A DNA stretch of 64,000 nt from Thermoplasmatales archaeon (lineage in GTDB: Archaea; Thermoplasmatota; Thermoplasmata; Thermoplasmatales; Thermoplasmataceae), in assembly GCA_027310185.1 (NCBI GenBank), contig DAIDBH010000017.1, forward strand, positions 222,407 through 286,406, given 5' to 3'. Within the stretch, counting starts at the first letter, position 1. Each line of letters begins with the position of its first letter. The notes below the pieces were generated by a model. The model was given only the letters and a program-made list of their open reading frames with translations. It was not told the origin of the DNA and ran no database searches. Position numbers and translations under genes: made by a program. Positions 62,869 through 64,000 of the stretch are shown here, piece by piece.

Positions 62869-64000
62869 TTAAATATTCAATTCCTCGCACCCGAATTGGT
62901 TTAATGTCCCTGATGGAATTTTATCAATTAAAGTTAATATTCCTTTAGGGCTGCGTGCATATACATTATAAGGACTATCTGGCTTAGCATAAAAATAATA
63001 CAGACCATTTCCCGTGATAAGTCTATACGAATGCCCATTATCTGGATTTATTATGTAGAACGAATCCTGAGATGTTGAACTTGTGATATTTCCAGTCACA
63101 ACACTGGAGGGTGCAGAAGAGATTTTTTGTTTCATAGTCGTAGCAAGCCCGTTATGATTGCAATTGACCCCACAGTAGTAAGTATTATATGTTACACATA
63201 TTGCAAAATCATGATTTATTAATTCTCCATTTGAAATTGTTATTAAGGAGCAGGTGCCAAATAAGTAATCATTGTAAGAAGATCCGCTATTTCTATTTCC
63301 ACCCGTTACGCAAAAAATCTGCTCTGCTTTCTGATTATCTGTAGATTGAGTTGATTTTGAATTGGTTAAACAGCATAATAAGCTTCCTGCAGTTAATCCT
63401 GCGCCTAATATTGTAAATCCTGCACTCGCCACGGGAAAACTGGATAATGCTATAGATACTCCACTCAGTAAAAGAGTACTTATGTCTACTCTTTCGTTTA
63501 GTGCTTTATGTGTTAAGCATGTCACGTTATATCCTATGCTATACATTGATTTTTCCGCCAAGTCTGTCTGTTCGCTCGCTGGAGCGTTTGAAGTGTTGAC
63601 ACATACAGACATGGACTTTGGAATCATGCAACCTCCTGGAACAAATTGACATTGCCCCGCACCAATTTCTGTCAAGAACAACCTGAAATACATTGTGTTT
63701 TCATAATTTCCATAAGCCTCGCAGAACCCTGTATCACCGATTGCATATTCAGAGGCATATACTGATTTTTCTTTTTCAGGGTTTAGATTCTCACAGTCAT
63801 CAATATACCCTTTTGTGCCATTTTTCTTATCTGGCACGTCAGATATATATAATACCTGATTCCCATCATACCCAATGTATCCCTTGAAATGGTTGCTTAT
63901 TGTCGTGCTTGACAATCCAAAGGTTGAGAAATAAGGATGATAGACTTCTCCAGTGACCAGTTTCTGGTTACTGGAAAGGTTCAATGTCATGTTATTGATG
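62869..64000 (-). CDS. Cys-rich extracellular-type protein with internal hydrophobic hairpin; probably 5'-truncated by window edge
   Basis: Frame stays open upstream of ATG 63990 to the window end; ISTLLLSGVSIALSSFPVASAGFTILGAGLTAGSLLCCL uncharged stretch; many Cys. Confidence 0.7.
   Translation of the reverse strand, partial: INNMTLNLSSNQKLVTGEVYHPYFSTFGLSSTTISNHFKGYIGYDGNQVLYISDVPDKKNGTKGYIDDCENLNPEKEKSVYASEYAIGDTGFCEAYGNYENTMYFRLFLTEIGAGQCQFVPGGCMIPKSMSVCVNTSNAPASEQTDLAEKSMYSIGYNVTCLTHKALNERVDISTLLLSGVSIALSSFPVASAGFTILGAGLTAGSLLCCLTNSKSTQSTDNQKAEQIFCVTGGNRNSGSSYNDYLFGTCSLITISNGELINHDFAICVTYNTYYCGVNCNHNGLATTMKQKISSAPSSVVTGNITSSTSQDSFYIINPDNGHSYRLITGNGLYYFYAKPDSPYNVYARSPKGILTLIDKIPSGTLNQFGCEELNI

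Overview
Archaeal chromosome segment, most likely from an acidophilic Thermoplasmatales (Cuniculiplasma/Thermoplasma/Ferroplasma-like). The inference rests on CDP-archaeol synthase, Pth2, Nob1, a tricorn-interacting-factor-type M1 peptidase, a sedolisin/YVTN surface-protein pair and a solitary (unlinked) 23S rRNA gene. Most of the window is housekeeping or metabolic: P450, TrpRS, TtuA, ETF/thiolase/acyl-CoA dehydrogenases, a FadF-like Fe-S membrane protein, CbiA, PduO, IlvE, Mrp, PhoU, citrate synthase, and a complete bacterial-type glgB-glgE-treS-pep2 (GlgE pathway) operon. The standout is a two-gene cassette present twice, ~11 kb apart and convergently oriented (36602-38163 + and 49040-50604 -). 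Each copy encodes a secreted ~393-aa protein (signal peptide, divergent pro-region, Cys-bracketed conserved C-terminal domain with a variable 41-residue hydrophobic hairpin) translationally coupled to a 127-aa three-helix membrane protein. This fits an undescribed polymorphic pore-forming toxin (archaeocin)-immunity system, which is an inference and not a database match. A decayed IS110/IS630 chimera lies next to one copy, and further orphan Cys-rich secreted proteins occur elsewhere. All product calls come from motifs read by eye; no searches were run. Several start codons were moved downstream of the ORF-track starts.
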